Assembly: GCA_963826115.1 (NCBI GenBank)
Contig: CAWGVS010000005.1
Span: 1,504,001-1,568,000 of the forward strand
Direction: 5' to 3'
Length of the DNA: 64,000 nt
Source: an uncultured Candidatus Rokubacteria bacterium
GTDB lineage: Bacteria; Methylomirabilota; Methylomirabilia; Rokubacteriales; DASRDR01
Shown: one piece after another, positions 1 to 9,833 of the stretch
How positions within the stretch are numbered: position 1 is the stretch's first letter
Layout of the letters: every line of letters begins with the position of its first letter
Notes under the pieces: model-generated
What the model saw: only the letters and a program-made list of their open reading frames with translations
Databases searched by the model: none
Told to the model about the DNA's origin: nothing
Position numbers and translations under genes: made by a program

Positions 1-546
1 CGCCTCGACCATGAACAGCGCCAGCCCATCCGGACCGCGCGCGGGCACGAGAAGGACGTCGGCCACGTGCGCCCACGGCACCCACTGCTTCACGCCGGAG
101 AGGCGGACGCCGCCCGGCGTCGGCTCGGCGCGCGTCTCGGTCGCCTCGGGGCTCCAGTCGAGCGCGGCATCGAGGAAGCAGACGGTCGCGCGCAGAGACC
201 CGCCCGCCACCGCGGGAAGCCAGCGCGCCTGCTGCGCGGCGGTCCCCGCCGTCTCGATGGCGCGGGCGGCGACGGCCGTCTCGAGGTACGGGCCCGGGCA
301 CGCGGCACGGCCGAGCTCCTCGAGGACGATGGCCGTCTCGACCAGGCCGAGCGCGCTCCCGCCGTGCGCCTCCGGCAGCGTGAGCCCGAGCCAGCCGAGC
401 CGCGCCATCTCCTTCCAGAGGTCGTCCTTCTCGCCGCGCGGGTCGTCCCAGAGCGCGCGGACGCCGGCCGGCGTCGCGTGCTCGTCGAGGAAGGCGCGGG
501 CCGTGCCGCGGAGAAGCTCCTGGTCCGGGCTGAACGCGAAGTCCAT
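1..546 (-). CDS. Acyl-CoA dehydrogenase family protein (3' end outside window)
   Basis: Manual translation from ATG at 546: MDFAFSPDQELLRGTARAFL...LWKEMARLGWLGL...LSGVKQWV, a typical ACAD N-terminal/middle domain; 8 nt downstream of the upstream ACAD. Confidence 0.85.
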   Translation of the reverse strand, partial: MDFAFSPDQELLRGTARAFLDEHATPAGVRALWDDPRGEKDDLWKEMARLGWLGLTLPEAHGGSALGLVETAIVLEELGRAACPGPYLETAVAARAIETAGTAAQQARWLPAVAGGSLRATVCFLDAALDWSPEATETRAEPTPGGVRLSGVKQWVPWAHVADVLLVPARGPDGLALFMVEA

Positions 547-554
547 CGCGCGCC

Positions 555-1763
555 CTACGCCCGCGCCCGGTCCGCGCGCGCTTCCTTGGGGAGCCCGAGG
601 ACGCGCTCGCCGATGATGTTCTTCTGGATCTCCGAGGAGCCCGCGTAGATCGTCCCGGCGCGCGACCAGAGGTACGCGGTCGCCCAGGTGCCGGGCTCGC
701 CGGACGAGGTGTCGACGCCCGTGAAGCCGTCGACGTCGCTCTCCATCGTCTGGGCCCAGGGGCCGAGGATCTCCTGGACGAGCTCGTGGTAGCGCTTCTC
801 GAACTCGCTGTAGGAGAGCTTCGTGATGGACGCGGCGGGCCCGGGCGACTCGCCCTTCTCGAGCGCCGACAGGATACGGAGGGCGGCGTAGCGCTGGACC
901 TCGAGGTCGGCGTAGATCCGGCCGAGCCGCCCGCGCACCGCCGGATCCTCGAGAAGCGGGCGTCCCGCTCGACGGAGCGTCCGCGCCGCCCGGAGCAGCT
1001 GGCGAAACGCCGCGGCGTAGCGGGTCACGCGGGCGAGCGAGCTCCCGCCCCGCTCGTAGGAGAGCGTGGTCTGAGCGATCTCCCAGCCCTGGCCGAGACG
1101 GCCGATCAGGTCGGCCTTGTCCACGCGCGCGTCGGTCATGAACACCTCGGAGAAGTGCGCGCTCCCCGTGATCTGGCGGAGCGGCCGCACCTCGACGCCG
1201 GGCTGGCGCATCGAGATGAGGAAGCAGGAGATCCCCTTGTGCTTGGGGACCGCGGTGTCCGTCCGCGCGAGGAGGAGCCCCCAGTCGGCGACGAGCCCGC
1301 CGCTCGTCCAGATCTTCTGGCCGTTCACCACGAAGTGGTCGCCCCGGTCCTCGGCCCGCGTGCGGAGGCTCGCGAGGTCCGACCCCGCGTTCGGCTCGGA
1401 GTAGAGCTGGCACCAGAGCTCCTCCGCGGCTAGGATCTTCCGGAGGTAGCGCTGCTTCTGCGCCTCGGTGCCGTGAACGATGATCGTCGGGCCGACGATG
1501 GCGATGCCCAGAGGGTTGATCGGCGCCGGCACGCCGGCGCGCGCCATCTCGTCCGCCACGATCGCCTGCTGGAGCGGCGTCGCGCCGCGGCCGCCGTAGG
1601 CGACCGGCCACCCCATGCCCACGTAGCCCGCGTCGTAGAGCCGGCGGTGCCAGGCGCGCCGTTGCTCGAGCGTCGCCGGCTCCTCGCGAGGGGCATTCGC
1701 CTCGAGCCAGCGACGGGTCGCCTGGCGGAACGCGAGATCCTCGGACGAGTATCGGAGATCCAT
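555..1763 (-). CDS. Acyl-CoA dehydrogenase family protein
   Basis: WCQLYSEPNAGSDLASL, NGQKIWTS and TIYAGSSEIQKNII motifs; ATG at 1763 preceded by GGGAGG. Confidence 0.93.
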   Translation of the reverse strand: MDLRYSSEDLAFRQATRRWLEANAPREEPATLEQRRAWHRRLYDAGYVGMGWPVAYGGRGATPLQQAIVADEMARAGVPAPINPLGIAIVGPTIIVHGTEAQKQRYLRKILAAEELWCQLYSEPNAGSDLASLRTRAEDRGDHFVVNGQKIWTSGGLVADWGLLLARTDTAVPKHKGISCFLISMRQPGVEVRPLRQITGSAHFSEVFMTDARVDKADLIGRLGQGWEIAQTTLSYERGGSSLARVTRYAAAFRQLLRAARTLRRAGRPLLEDPAVRGRLGRIYADLEVQRYAALRILSALEKGESPGPAASITKLSYSEFEKRYHELVQEILGPWAQTMESDVDGFTGVDTSSGEPGTWATAYLWSRAGTIYAGSSEIQKNIIGERVLGLPKEARADRARA

Positions 1764-1837
1764 GAGCCGCCTCCCGGCCGGTCCGGCCACCCCCACGATA
1801 TGCGCGGGACGGCCGGAGCGCCAGCCGGGGCAAAGCG

Positions 1838-4285
1838 TCAGGCGGGGACGGCCTCCGAGACCGCGGAGCGCCGGAGCATCACGTCGGCGACCTCGGTCGC
1901 CGACGGGCGTCCGAAGAGGTAGCCCTGGCCCTGGTCGCAGCCGAGGCCCCGCAGCTCGGCGAGCTGCTCGGGCGTCTCGACACCCTCGGCGACGGCCTTG
2001 AGCCCGAGGGCGCGCGACAGACCGACCACGGCGCGCACGATGGCGGCGTCACCCCGGTTCGCTGGCAGGCCCGCGACGAAGGAACGGTCCACCTTCAGGA
2101 CGTCGATCGGGAATCGCTTCAGGTACCCGAGGCTCGAGTACCCGGTGCCGAAGTCGTCGATGGCGAGCCGGATGCCAATGGCCTTCAGGTGCTCGAGCGT
2201 CTTCACGGTCGCGTCGGCGTCGCCCATCGCCGTGCCCTCGGTGATCTCGACCTCCAGGCCCGAGGCGTCGAGCCCGGACTCGGCGAGCACCTGCCCCACG
2301 TCTTGCACCAGCCGCGGGTGGCGGAACTGGCGGGGCGAGAGGTTGACGGCCATGACCAGGTCGATACCGATCTCGGAGTCGGCGCGCCAGATGGACGCCT
2401 GTCGGCACGCCGTCTCGAGCACCCAGCGCCCGATCGGCAGGATGAGGCCCGTCTCCTCCGCGATCGGGATGAACGAGCCGGGAGGCACGAGGCCGCGCTC
2501 GGGATGCTCCCAGCGCACCAGCGCCTCCAGGCCGACGATCCGCGCGGTGCGCAGGTCGACCTGCGGCTGATAGTGGAGGCGGAGCTCGCCCCGGTCGAGC
2601 GCGCGGCGCAGCTCGGTCTCCATCTTGAGCCGGCCCTTCACGGTCTCGCGCATGCTCGACTTGAACACCTCGAAGCACGCGCGGCCGTTGGCCTTGGCGC
2701 GGTACATCGCGATGTCGGCGTTCCGCAGGAGCCCCTGGGCGGTGGTGCCCTGGTTTAGGCCGCCGAGCGCGATCCCGATGCTGGCCCCGATGAAGATCTC
2801 CTGGTTCTCGATCCGGAACGAGGCGCGGAACGCCTCGATGATCCGCTCCGAGACGAGCGCGGCGTCGCCGGCCGAGCCGACGTCCTCGAGGAGCACGGTG
2901 AACTCGTCGCCGCCGATGCGGGCGATGGTGTCGACGCGCCGGAGGCAGGTGCGGAGGCGCTCGGCCACCTTCACGAGGAGCTGGTCGCCGTGGTCGTGGC
3001 CCAAGTTGTCGTTGACCAGCTTGAACCGGTCGAGGTCGAGGAAGAGCACCGCAGCCGACTTTCCGCGGCGCGCGGAGCGCTCGAGCGCCTGCTCCAGTCG
3101 GTCCATGAACAGCATGCGGTTCGGCAGCCCGGTCAGCTGGTCGTGGAGAGCCCGCTGGACCAGCTGCGCCTCGAGGGACTTGTGCCGGCTGATATCGCGG
3201 GCGTTCAGGACCACGCCGCGCACACCGGACTGGTGGAGGAGGTTCGTCCCCTTCACCTCGAACCAGCGCCACGAGCCGTCGCGGTGCTGCCAGCGGAGCT
3301 CGATCGACCTGGACCCGCCCCGGTGGTCGAGGAGCTCGGTGTGGAACGTCTGCGCGCTCTGCGCGTCCGCCTCGTTGATGACGGCCCACACCGGGCTCCC
3401 GACGAGTCGATCGGGGTCGTAGCCGAGCACGGTCTGCACGGCCGGGCTCGCGTGCCGGACCGTGCCGTCCACCTCGAGGACGATGATCACGTCGGCCGCG
3501 TGCTGCACGAGCGCGCGGAATCGCTCCTCGCTGGCCCGGAGCCCCTGCTCGTCGGTCGCGAGCTTCCGGTAGGCGCGCCCGACCCGGACGACCCGGAACC
3601 CGAGCCAGCCCACCGCGGCCCCGCCCAGCCCGGCGAACAGGGCCACGCCCGTCGCGAGCGCGCGGTGCGTGCGCTCGAGCGCGCCGGCGAACACGCCGGC
3701 GGCGACGCCCGTCGCCTGGCTGACATCCTCGAGACCCGCGCGCGGCGCGACGGCGCGCGCCTGGTCCAAGCGGCCTGCGAGGAGAAGCGCGAACGCTTCG
3801 TCCACGGCCGCCTGCTGGCCCAGCACCGCGGCGCGCACGCGGCTCGAGGCCTTGGGGGTCCCGTCCACGCGCAGCATCCGGTCGAACGTACCGACGCGCC
3901 GCTCGTCGCGCTCGAGCATGTCGAGGTCAGTCGCGAGCTGCTGCTGGATCTCCCGGAGCCGGGCCGCGAACTCCGCGCCGCGACGGGGTTCGAGGATCGC
4001 CTGGCGCTTCACGTAGTGCTCCTGGGCGATGCGCTCTTCGACCCGGGCCATGGTGAGGAGCGCCCGGTGGTGGGCCGCCGTTTGCTGAACCAGGAGGAAC
4101 CCGGCGAGCCCCGTGAGACCGGCGACCCCGAGTGCGATGATGAGCGCGAGACGGCCGGATAGGTCGAGCCGCTCAGGGACGGCGTCGACGTCAGGGCGGC
4201 GCGCTTCGGCGGGCGCCTCGGCGCCCGCGGCCTTCGAGCGCCGCATCAAACTCCGGAACGGCCAGCCGCGAAGTCTCCCCTTCAC
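1838..4285 (-). CDS. Membrane-anchored PAS-GGDEF-EAL c-di-GMP cyclase/phosphodiesterase
   Basis: Two TM segments, PAS domain, intact GGDEF with RxxD I-site (RRVD-TIARI-GGDEF), EALVRW and DDFGTGYSS. Confidence 0.95.
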   Translation of the reverse strand: MKGRLRGWPFRSLMRRSKAAGAEAPAEARRPDVDAVPERLDLSGRLALIIALGVAGLTGLAGFLLVQQTAAHHRALLTMARVEERIAQEHYVKRQAILEPRRGAEFAARLREIQQQLATDLDMLERDERRVGTFDRMLRVDGTPKASSRVRAAVLGQQAAVDEAFALLLAGRLDQARAVAPRAGLEDVSQATGVAAGVFAGALERTHRALATGVALFAGLGGAAVGWLGFRVVRVGRAYRKLATDEQGLRASEERFRALVQHAADVIIVLEVDGTVRHASPAVQTVLGYDPDRLVGSPVWAVINEADAQSAQTFHTELLDHRGGSRSIELRWQHRDGSWRWFEVKGTNLLHQSGVRGVVLNARDISRHKSLEAQLVQRALHDQLTGLPNRMLFMDRLEQALERSARRGKSAAVLFLDLDRFKLVNDNLGHDHGDQLLVKVAERLRTCLRRVDTIARIGGDEFTVLLEDVGSAGDAALVSERIIEAFRASFRIENQEIFIGASIGIALGGLNQGTTAQGLLRNADIAMYRAKANGRACFEVFKSSMRETVKGRLKMETELRRALDRGELRLHYQPQVDLRTARIVGLEALVRWEHPERGLVPPGSFIPIAEETGLILPIGRWVLETACRQASIWRADSEIGIDLVMAVNLSPRQFRHPRLVQDVGQVLAESGLDASGLEVEITEGTAMGDADATVKTLEHLKAIGIRLAIDDFGTGYSSLGYLKRFPIDVLKVDRSFVAGLPANRGDAAIVRAVVGLSRALGLKAVAEGVETPEQLAELRGLGCDQGQGYLFGRPSATEVADVMLRRSAVSEAVPA

Positions 4286-4349
4286 AGGCTCTCCCGAGAC
4301 ACAGAGGTTGGGCGCGGCCGGCTCGGAGCCGGGCGCCGCGGGGGATAAG

Positions 4350-4364
4350 GCAAGTCTCGTGCCC
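4350..4364 (-). promoter_or_regulatory. Putative sigma54 (-24/-12) promoter of the GGDEF-EAL gene
   Basis: Minus strand GGGCACGAGACTTGC matches TGGCAC-N5-TTGC except at the first base; about 65 nt upstream of the start. Confidence 0.6.
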
Positions 4365-4569
4365 GGTCTAGACCCCTCGGAAACCAGTCCCGGAGCAGCG
4401 ATTGGGCCGTTCGGCCGCCTCGCACGGGTGCGTCCCTACTATAAGGAGAGGTCGGATCTGTCCGTGAGGACTGACAATCTGACGTGTGACGAAATGCCGC
4501 CGCCGCGGGCGGAAGATCGTCACAGGCGGGACGGTGAACCGGCCCGTCCAGCCCCTTTGAAGGGTCCGC

Positions 4570-5358
4570 TCAGAACGGGAGCGGGAGCCCCGGGATCCCG
4601 AGGAGGAGACCGAGCCCCCAGGCGCCGAGGGTCACGCCGACGCCGGCCGTCAGCGCCCGCCCCCTCGTGATCGCCTTCTCCACGAACATGACCGCCGCGA
4701 GCGCCAGCATCCATCCCACGCTGGCGCCGCCGACGGCAAACATCACGAGCATGAGGGCCCAGCAGCACCCGACGCAGTAGGCGCCGTGGAGCGCCCCGAC
4801 CCGGAGCGCCCGGACCGCGCGCGACCCGCCACGCCAGTGCTGGATGACGAAGCCGATCGGGGAGCGGCACTGGCGGAGGCACGAGTACTTGAGCGGCGAG
4901 AACTGGAAGAGGCCCGCCACCAGGAGGAGCGCGCCCGGGAGTCGCTCGGGCCGGGCCGCGAGCCACGCCGATCCCTCGAGGAGCCGGTGGAGGCCGAGGT
5001 CGGCGAGGAGCGCGACGCCGCCGAAGAGGGCCCACATCGCGAGATAGCCGGCGCAGAGGAGGGCGAGGAGCCCGGCCGACGCCCCGGTGATCGTGAGGAA
5101 CACCCGGACGAGGGGGAAGGCGGACGGCAGCATCATCGCCACCGACATCAGGGTCCACGCGACGAGGAAGGCGAGGACGCGCGGCCACCGGAGGACCCCC
5201 TCGTCTGCCAGGGACGCGTGCGAGAGCCACCCGCCGGGACCCGCGGCCTGGGCGAGCCCGAGCACCGCCCAGGCCGCGGCGACGAGCGCCGCCAGGACGC
5301 TCCCGTACACCCAGGGCTCCACGCGGTCCTCGGCCCGGGCGGCGAACGGCGTGGCCAC
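4570..5358 (-). CDS. DUF2182 family predicted metal-binding integral membrane protein
   Basis: WTLMSVAMMLPS, FQFSPLKYSCLRQCRSP and YCVGCCWALM motifs; lies downstream of DUF1326. Confidence 0.88.
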   Translation of the reverse strand: MATPFAARAEDRVEPWVYGSVLAALVAAAWAVLGLAQAAGPGGWLSHASLADEGVLRWPRVLAFLVAWTLMSVAMMLPSAFPLVRVFLTITGASAGLLALLCAGYLAMWALFGGVALLADLGLHRLLEGSAWLAARPERLPGALLLVAGLFQFSPLKYSCLRQCRSPIGFVIQHWRGGSRAVRALRVGALHGAYCVGCCWALMLVMFAVGGASVGWMLALAAVMFVEKAITRGRALTAGVGVTLGAWGLGLLLGIPGLPLPF

Positions 5359-5365
5359 GCGGAGG

Positions 5366-5980
5366 CTAGGCGGCGAACCGGAACGCGCCCTCGACCGCGT
5401 TGCGGTTCACGAACGACCACTCCATCCCGTGCTCGGGGATGTGCACCTTGTGGTAGATCGCCTTCGCCACGTACGCGGGCGAGCCCGGGATCGTGGTGAA
5501 GATCGTGTTGCTGAGGGTCGTGGGCTTCCCCTTCGCGTCGACGTAGGGCGCCATGGCCGCCTGCACCTTGTCGCCGATCTTGATCGTCCCCTTGCCCTTC
5601 TCGAGCTTGAACTGGATCGGGACGTCGTACACGCCCTTGACCTCGCCCACGAGCTTGGCGAGGTCGGCGAGGGGCCCGCCGAGCTTGCCGGTCCAGGCGT
5701 CGAGGATCGCCCGCTTCTGGGCCGGCTTCGCCTTGTTGCTCATGTAGACGACGACCTTCCAGTTCCCCTTCAGCACGTTCCCGGGGATCTGGGCAACCAG
5801 CGCGAAGGCGATCCCGCCCACGTCCACGCCCTCGATCGTCCCCTTGTCGATGCGGTACGCGAGGAAGGCGTCGCAGGTGCCGCCGTGCGGGTCGTCCCCG
5901 ATCCAGCACGGACATGGAGCGCTGCAGGAGCACGCCTCGAGGAGCGCACCCTGGACACGATACTTTGGCTTGGTAGGCAT
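5366..5980 (-). CDS. DUF1326 family protein
   Basis: LLEACSCSAPCPCWIG N-terminal motif; ATG at 5980 with GGAGG SD. Confidence 0.88.
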   Translation of the reverse strand: MPTKPKYRVQGALLEACSCSAPCPCWIGDDPHGGTCDAFLAYRIDKGTIEGVDVGGIAFALVAQIPGNVLKGNWKVVVYMSNKAKPAQKRAILDAWTGKLGGPLADLAKLVGEVKGVYDVPIQFKLEKGKGTIKIGDKVQAAMAPYVDAKGKPTTLSNTIFTTIPGSPAYVAKAIYHKVHIPEHGMEWSFVNRNAVEGAFRFAA

Positions 5981-6048
5981 CGGCCGTCCTCCATTGGTCG
6001 AGCGAGGTTGAGCAGGACACACGCGTTTCCGCCGCGAAGGACGGCGCG

Positions 6049-6120
6049 ACTCTACCGCCGCGCCTCGCATCCCGTCAAGGCGCCCACGCGCTTGACACCC
6101 CTCGGGGCAGGCCGTATCTA
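6049..6120. promoter_or_regulatory. Divergent sigma70-type promoters (DUF1326 / lhgO)
   Basis: Plus strand TTGACA(6092)-N17-TATCTA(6115); minus strand TTGACG(6078)-N18-TAGAGT(6054). Confidence 0.55.
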
Positions 6121-6208
6121 TGGGGGCCTGCCCACCGGGGCGACCCGCCATCTTGGCGGGCCTTGCCGTGACGACACCAAACGACCCTCGAACAGAGGCA
6201 ATACGCGC

Positions 6209-7420
6209 GTGAGCGATCGATTCGACGTGGCGGTGGTCGGCGGCGGCATCGTGGGCCTCGCCACGACCCGCGCCCTGCTGGCCGAGCAGCCCGGCCTCCG
6301 GCTGGTCATCCTGGAGAAGGAGGCGCGGCTCGCCTCGCACCAGACGGGGCACAACAGCGGCGTCATCCACTCGGGGATCTACTACAAGCCGGGGTCCCAC
6401 AAGGCGCGGCTCTGCGTCGAGGGCGCGCGCCTCATGAAGGCCTTCTGCGCGGAGCACGGCATCCGCGTGGACCCGATCGGCAAGGTCATCGTCGCCATGT
6501 CGGAGGCGGAGCTGCCGCGGCTCGACACGCTCTTCGAGCGCGGCACCGCCAACGGCGTCGAGGGGCTGTCTCTCATCGACGCGCATCGCCTTCGCGAGAT
6601 CGAGCCCCACGCGGCCGCGATCCGCGCGATCCACTCTCCCACCACCTCCATCGTCGACTACGGGGAGGTCGCGCAGACCCTGGCGCGGGACCTCCTCACG
6701 CAAGGCGTCGTCATCCGGACCAGCGCCCGCGTCACGGCGATCCGGCGGACGGGCGAGGGCTTCGATCTCTCGACCGCATCCGGGCCCGTCCAGGCGCGTC
6801 GTCTCGTGAATTGCGCCGGCCTCTACTCCGACGTCGTCGCGCGGCTCGCCGGCGCCCGGCCCGGCGTCAGGATCATCCCGTTCCGGGGCGAGTACTACAT
6901 GATCCGGCCCGAGCGCCACGACCTGGTCCGCGGCCTCATCTACCCGGTCCCCGATCCCGAGTTCCCGTTCCTCGGCGTGCACTTCACGCGCACGGTGCAC
7001 GGCGAGGTCGAGGCGGGGCCGAACGCGGTCCTGGCGTTCGCTCGCGAGGGCTACCGGTTCGGGCGGATCCACCCGCGCGAGCTCCTGGGAACGCTCGGCT
7101 ACCGCGGCTTCTGGTCGATGGCCCGGCGCTACTGGCGGATGGGCAGCTACGAGATGTACCGGTCGCTCAGCAAGGCGGCGTTCGTCGAGGCGCTGCGTCG
7201 GCTCATCCCCGACATCGGGCCGGCCGACATCACTCCCGGCGGCGCCGGCGTCCGGGCCCAGGCGGTGGCCGAGGACGGGTCGCTGGTCGACGACTTCCGC
7301 ATCGCGAGGTCAGCCGACGCGATCCACGTCCTGAACGCGCCGTCGCCGGCGGCCACCGCATCGCTCGCCATCGGCCGCCACATCGCGGGGCTCGCCGCGG
7401 AGGCGTTCGCCCTCCGCTGA
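6209..7420 (+). CDS. lhgO: L-2-hydroxyglutarate oxidase
   Basis: VVGGGIVG FAD-binding motif, HQTGHNSGVIHSGIYYKPGS, PFLGVHFT, NAPSPAATASL. Confidence 0.92.
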   Translation: MSDRFDVAVVGGGIVGLATTRALLAEQPGLRLVILEKEARLASHQTGHNSGVIHSGIYYKPGSHKARLCVEGARLMKAFCAEHGIRVDPIGKVIVAMSEAELPRLDTLFERGTANGVEGLSLIDAHRLREIEPHAAAIRAIHSPTTSIVDYGEVAQTLARDLLTQGVVIRTSARVTAIRRTGEGFDLSTASGPVQARRLVNCAGLYSDVVARLAGARPGVRIIPFRGEYYMIRPERHDLVRGLIYPVPDPEFPFLGVHFTRTVHGEVEAGPNAVLAFAREGYRFGRIHPRELLGTLGYRGFWSMARRYWRMGSYEMYRSLSKAAFVEALRRLIPDIGPADITPGGAGVRAQAVAEDGSLVDDFRIARSADAIHVLNAPSPAATASLAIGRHIAGLAAEAFALR

Positions 7421-7448
7421 CGCGCCCGCGCGGCGGCGGCGCTACGGC

Positions 7449-8360
7449 TCAGCGCGGCCGGGCGACCTCGTCGGCGAGAAAGCGCGTGACCTCCACGATC
7501 GCGTCCGCCCGCGCGGCCGGATCGGTGCCGACGGTCGCGCCGGAGTCGCCGTCGGGGCGGTTGTGGTTCTTCACCTCGGGCCGGTAGCGCACCGGCGTCG
7601 CCGGCGCGTCGAACGCGTGGTGGGCGCCGGGGTACACCTTGATCGCGATCGGCGCCCCGGCCGCGCGCGCCCGCTCGACGATCTCCGCGCACGGGGCGGC
7701 GGGCGTCCAGTCGTCGAGCGCGCCCACCAGGATGTAGAGGGGCGCATAGGGACGGAAGGCCGGCCCGCCCGGGTACTTCCGGGTGCAGTTCGGATAGAAG
7801 GCGACGGCGGCGCGGAAGTCCCGCTCGGCGCTCCCCTCGTCGAACACCACGCCAAGGGTCGCCGCGGCGCCGTTCGACCAGCCCAGGAGCCCGATCCGAT
7901 CGGCCTGGATGTCGCGGCGCGCCTGGAGGTAGCGGAGCGCCCCGCGCGCGTCGTCGGCGCGGTCGCGCGCCGGCGAGAGCATGTGTCGGCCGGTGCACAC
8001 CTCGTCGATGCCCCGCGGCGTGAAGCTGTCCACCAGCAGGGTGACGTAGCCCAGGCCGCGGAGATGGTCCGCCCAGAACCGGAGCTTGCCCTGGATGGCG
8101 CCCCCGCGCGTCCGGAGCCCCGTGCAACCGTGCATCATCACGACGGCGGGGAACGGCCCCGCGCCCTCCGGCAGGGCGAGGACACCCTCGAGCCGCGCGG
8201 GCGCCCGGCCCTCCCGCGGGTCACCCGCGAACGTCACGACCTGACCCGGGTCGCGGGCCACGGCCGGCGCAGCGGGGCGGCCCGCCGCGCCGACGACGGC
8301 GCCGCCGGCGGCGGCCAGGAGCGCGGCGAGCCAGGACACCACGTGCGGCCCTCGTCTCAC
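7449..8360 (-). CDS. Exported dienelactone hydrolase family alpha/beta hydrolase
   Basis: Signal-like N-terminus, HGCTG, GWSNG nucleophile elbow, DDW and HHAFD. Confidence 0.85.
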   Translation of the reverse strand: MRRGPHVVSWLAALLAAAGGAVVGAAGRPAAPAVARDPGQVVTFAGDPREGRAPARLEGVLALPEGAGPFPAVVMMHGCTGLRTRGGAIQGKLRFWADHLRGLGYVTLLVDSFTPRGIDEVCTGRHMLSPARDRADDARGALRYLQARRDIQADRIGLLGWSNGAAATLGVVFDEGSAERDFRAAVAFYPNCTRKYPGGPAFRPYAPLYILVGALDDWTPAAPCAEIVERARAAGAPIAIKVYPGAHHAFDAPATPVRYRPEVKNHNRPDGDSGATVGTDPAARADAIVEVTRFLADEVARPR

Positions 8361-8680
8361 TGGAGCGGCGAGTAGGCCGTCGGCTTCCAGATCTCGCTCC
8401 GGATGCGCGCGACGATCGGGCCGTCCTTCTCCGAGTCGGCGCGAACGCGGAGCCAGTCGGGATCCGACCCGAAGCTCCCCCAGGCCTTCTCGCGGTGCGC
8501 GAGGTCCGGGAACCGGACCATGTAGTGGAGCACGTTCGACGTGCCGATCACCACGTCCCAGAACCCCACCACGTCGATGCCGTGCTTCCGGAACAGGCCG
8601 AGCGTGTGGTTCTGGAACCGGGCCTGCATGGCCGGCATGCGCCCGGGAACGATGTCGTAGCTGCGCAGCTCGTAGATCAC
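8357..8680 (-). CDS. NIPSNAP family protein
   Basis: IYELRSY...REKAW...F..DPDW...PTAYSPLQ; GTG start overlaps the NUDIX stop. Confidence 0.9.
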   Translation of the reverse strand: MIYELRSYDIVPGRMPAMQARFQNHTLGLFRKHGIDVVGFWDVVIGTSNVLHYMVRFPDLAHREKAWGSFGSDPDWLRVRADSEKDGPIVARIRSEIWKPTAYSPLQ

Positions 8681-9282
8681 CGGTCGGCCTCCTCCTGGGG
8701 GTTGGGGCTCGGCGACGTGAGGGCCCGCGCCGCGGCGAGCGCGCGGCGGAGGCCGGGGTCGAGATCGAGGGTCGGGAGCTCGTCCCACGTGAACCACCGG
8801 AGCGCGCGGACCTCGGCGACCAGGCGTCGGAGACTCGCGTCGGGCGGCGCGATCACCAGGTAGCGCAGGTCCAGGTGGCGGTGCGCGGGCTCGTCGCCCC
8901 GCGCCGGGATCGGATGGACGTCGACGTCGAGGGGCCGCGGCGCCGACGGATGAAGGGCCAGCCCCTCGATGCCCGTCTCCTCCCGCGCCTCGCGGAGAGC
9001 CACCGTCTCGCCGTCCCGCTCCCCGGGCTCGGCGTGGCCGCCGGGCTGGAGCCAGCGGCCGAGCTTCCGATGGTGGAGCAGGAGCACTTGGTCGCCCGCC
9101 GCCGACACGACGACCGCGCTGCCGGTCAGGTGGCCCTTCACGATCCGCCGGTCGAAGGGATCGGCGTGCTCGTCCACGAAGGCGAGGATCTCGCCGAGAT
9201 CCGCCGCCTCCTTCGTATCCGCCGGCGCGTGGCACGCGAGCCGGCCGCGGAGCTCGGCGACGGGGCCGACGCCGGCCGTCAC
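8677..9282 (-). CDS. NUDIX hydrolase
   Basis: GHLTGSA, HHRKLGRWLQPGGHAEPGE...ALREAREETG Nudix box. Start uncertain: the GTG at 9342 overlaps a TTGACA-N18-TACCGT promoter, so a later GTG was chosen. Confidence 0.88.
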   Translation of the reverse strand: MTAGVGPVAELRGRLACHAPADTKEAADLGEILAFVDEHADPFDRRIVKGHLTGSAVVVSAAGDQVLLLHHRKLGRWLQPGGHAEPGERDGETVALREAREETGIEGLALHPSAPRPLDVDVHPIPARGDEPAHRHLDLRYLVIAPPDASLRRLVAEVRALRWFTWDELPTLDLDPGLRRALAAARALTSPSPNPQEEADR

Positions 9283-9410
9283 GGCCTCGCCGTCCCTCGC
9301 GACCTGAAGGCGCTCTCCGCGGGCGATCACGATCGAGAGCACGGTAGGGCGGCGACCACAAGGGTGTCAACAACACCCCCGCCGCGGCGCCCGTATGGCA
9401 CACTCGGGCC

Positions 9411-9830
9411 GTGGGCCTGGGACGCACGACCCGCTTCGCGCCGCTCCCCGCCGGCGCCCGCCGCGTGAGCGTGATGCGGGCCGGCGCGGGCGGCGTGAAG
9501 GCGCTCGCGCCGTCGACCGCGCTCCTCGGCGAGTTCCAGGCCCGGAAGCGCCAGCTCGTCCGCGAGGGCGCCTCGGCCGAGGCCGCCCACTCGAAGGCGC
9601 ACGCCTCGATGGACTACCGGGCGCGGTACCTCGCCGAGATCAAGGGCCGGCCCGACGGCATGGCCGCGCTCCGTCGACTGCTGGAAGAAGCGGGCGCCCG
9701 AGACATCTACCTCATGTGCATGTGCCCGTACCGGACCCCCGGCCGCGCCTGCCACACCTACGCGCTCCTCGACCTCGCCAAGGAGCTCGACCCGTCCCTC
9801 CCCGAGCTCCCCGAGCCCACCCCCCGCTAG
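9411..9830 (+). CDS. Hypothetical protein, DUF488-like
   Basis: LAPS..LL, YRARYLAEI and LMCMC...CH pattern resembles DUF488 proteins; TG-n-CACACT lies 6 nt before the GTG. Confidence 0.6.
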   Translation: MGLGRTTRFAPLPAGARRVSVMRAGAGGVKALAPSTALLGEFQARKRQLVREGASAEAAHSKAHASMDYRARYLAEIKGRPDGMAALRRLLEEAGARDIYLMCMCPYRTPGRACHTYALLDLAKELDPSLPELPEPTPR

Positions 9831-9833
9831 CGT

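Noticed and set aside
6143-6200. Hairpin CCCGCCA-TCT-TGGCGGG and CA-rich leader before lhgO, with short words shared with the RraA leader at 62.86 kb
   Set aside because: Short matches in swapped order; compatible with chance and ordinary unstructured leaders
5087-7420. 777-aa and 568-aa overlapping ORFs
   Set aside because: Mutual antisense extensions of lhgO and DUF1326; real starts are at 6209 and 5980, with promoters between them
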